Shown here: piece after piece, positions 62,201-64,000 of the stretch
How the letters are laid out: every line of letters starts with the position of its first letter
Numbering within the stretch: position 1 is the first letter of the stretch
Notes under the pieces: generated by a model
Database searches by the model: none
Told to the model about the DNA's origin: nothing
Seen by the model: only the letters and a program-made list of their open reading frames with translations
Assembly (NCBI RefSeq): GCF_002571385.2
Contig: NW_019217844.1
Location: 190,407 to 254,406, forward strand
From: Stylophora pistillata
Taxonomy: Eukaryota
DNA: 64,000 bases
Direction: 5' to 3'
Translations under genes and position numbers: made by a program

Positions 62201-62972
62201 CAAAATGAAAATCTGTAATTTGCAAAATGAAAATTTGTAATTTGCAAAATGGTGTATGAAAATTAAACTGAGTTTGGAAATCTGTATTTTGAAAGGAGAG
62301 AATCCTTGTTTCAGCAAATGTTTTCACCAAGCTGTGGATTTGATGATCTGTTTGGCAGGCAAATAAAATTATAATAATGCTTGAAACTCAAGAATATCAG
62401 AGAGCTTGGGTCAGTTTCATTTTCCCACCAGGCATCATGCATATACACCATATACACCTTTGGCTGTAACATTTTCCGAGAATATGTCCAGTCAGTCATG
62501 TTACATATTCAAGTTATATTCATCAACTATTTACATTGATTACAACTTATTAAAGCGGCACACCTACGGCGCCAGGCAATTTTTTAGATTTGACTCAATG
62601 GTGCAATTTTTCTTTCACATAGCTGCCCCATTGATTCATTCACAAACATATTGGAGATTTTGCAAAGTACATCACAAAGATTTTTCATTTTGTACTTTCC
62701 CTAGCAGTTATAATTTGCTAGGTTGCATGTCAATCCATAATTGTGGTAAACTGACAGGCTCCTCCTTTCAGCCCCCCGAGTTTTTCCAAAGTACAGATTT
62801 TGTTTTTTCAAATTGTAAAATTTCATTCACAATTACAGTTTTAGTTACTCTTATTTACAAAATGATCAATTCCTCTTAGATCCTCTGCCAACTCCTTCAC
62901 AATTTGGACACAATGTGGAAGACATCCCACAGATTTCCCTGCAATCTGTTGATGTTAGATTGCAACAACCTA
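59232..62972 (+). CDS. TNF receptor superfamily member (gene 3), 3'-incomplete; exons 59232-59249, 60076-60829, 61352-61582, 61902-61982, 62880-62972
   Basis: Signal peptide MIMWGL|VAVVSYLLVYEGFGA; CRDs (CPTGHGSTVPC..CVPC; CKSCRNC..C..C..C.KGFY..C.KCS.CC); TM IVGIVVGLVFSFVVGVCVIIW plus CRRNR; phase-1 cytoplasmic exons; no stop codon or death domain found inside the window. Confidence 0.85.
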
Positions 62973-64000
62973 GTAAGCCAGAGATTGTATGATTGTGTTA
63001 AGGATGTATGATGAAAGAAGCATTGTTTGCAAAATTCAATTTTTATTTTTTGATTTGTGACTGTGTGATTTAAGAGGCTTTAAACTAAAAGAATTTAAGG
63101 CTACAAACGGGGATGAAATGAGTAAAAGTAGTTTAAAAATTTATAATCTAAATATACACTCAAAATGTTTCTTTTTGAGGGTGCATGATTCCTCAGAAAA
63201 AAAAGTTACCGTACAATTTGTTTTTATCTTTTGTTAAATTTTCTCTACCAATGTCTGTTTTGGAAAACACACTATAAAGACAGGTTACTATGCTCATTTT
63301 GGAGATACCATGGGCCAGTCTAACAAGCCAATTTGAGCCTGTACTAGTGCTAATTATTTCATCAGTGTAAGGTACATTTTTCCTTAGCTGGAAGCAATGG
63401 TTTGTAAATTGACAGTTAAAGAAAACTTTAACCATTTTAACTAAAGAGTTGTTGCTTTCAGTCAAGGTCATAATTTGCATCACGAGGTATCAACAGGCTT
63501 TGTGCATACTTTTAGCTGTATCATTTTTTCCCTTCAATGAATTTTTTTTAATTTCTCCATTTTTAAGGCGATAGTTTGAACACCAAATTATGCAATAACA
63601 AAATATAGTTCATGGTGCCTTGTTCATGCAAGAGCTAAAGACCAGCATACTTCCTTACCTGGTCCACTGAAAAACAATACTGTATTCTCAGAATGCATGT
63701 GCCCTTAATTGCCTGATTACGTTATTTTTATGTGCACTACAAGATGCACAGTGCAATACTGGGGAATCACTTTAATCAGTGAGCAGTTAAAATAAGAAAT
63801 AAAAAATGAAAATATTTGTGAACTCCCAACTAGTGGCTTTGTAGCCCAGTTGGAATAAGCACCCAAATCAGTCTCAGGGAGGAACAGGTTCATTTTGTTT
63901 TGGGGACTGGAAGTAACTCTTTTTTTTTCTTTAACACGAGACCAGGATTGAACTTACTTGCCTTTTTTTGATCTATTACTTGCCAACATGTAGTTAACAT

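Overview
Eukaryotic, AT-rich, intron-containing genomic DNA, most likely from a stony coral or other anthozoan (inferred from gene content and repeat types). From left to right it holds: KDM8/JMJD5 (-) head-to-head with CMTR2 (+); a decayed transposon-like ORF block; an intronless DCLRE1B/Apollo (-); a multi-exon gene (-) for an armadillo-repeat plus 3x fibronectin-III protein; and a tandem cluster of three TNF-receptor-superfamily genes (+). Two of the receptors have a death domain inside the window and the third runs off the end. Each receptor gene has a canonical NF-kB site upstream, and the middle one looks like a mosaic of its neighbours. Between receptors 2 and 3 lies a long-TIR DNA transposon (IS3EU-like termini) carrying an alpha-kinase fragment, itself interrupted by a foldback element with a 6-bp TSD. 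LINE ends, tRNA-derived SINEs, MITEs, Crypton-like and Penelope-like fragments are scattered throughout. The segment 17932-26642 is peppered with CCCCCCC runs that overwrite native 7-mers, most likely an assembly artifact. All gene models were spliced by hand and no database searches were run.
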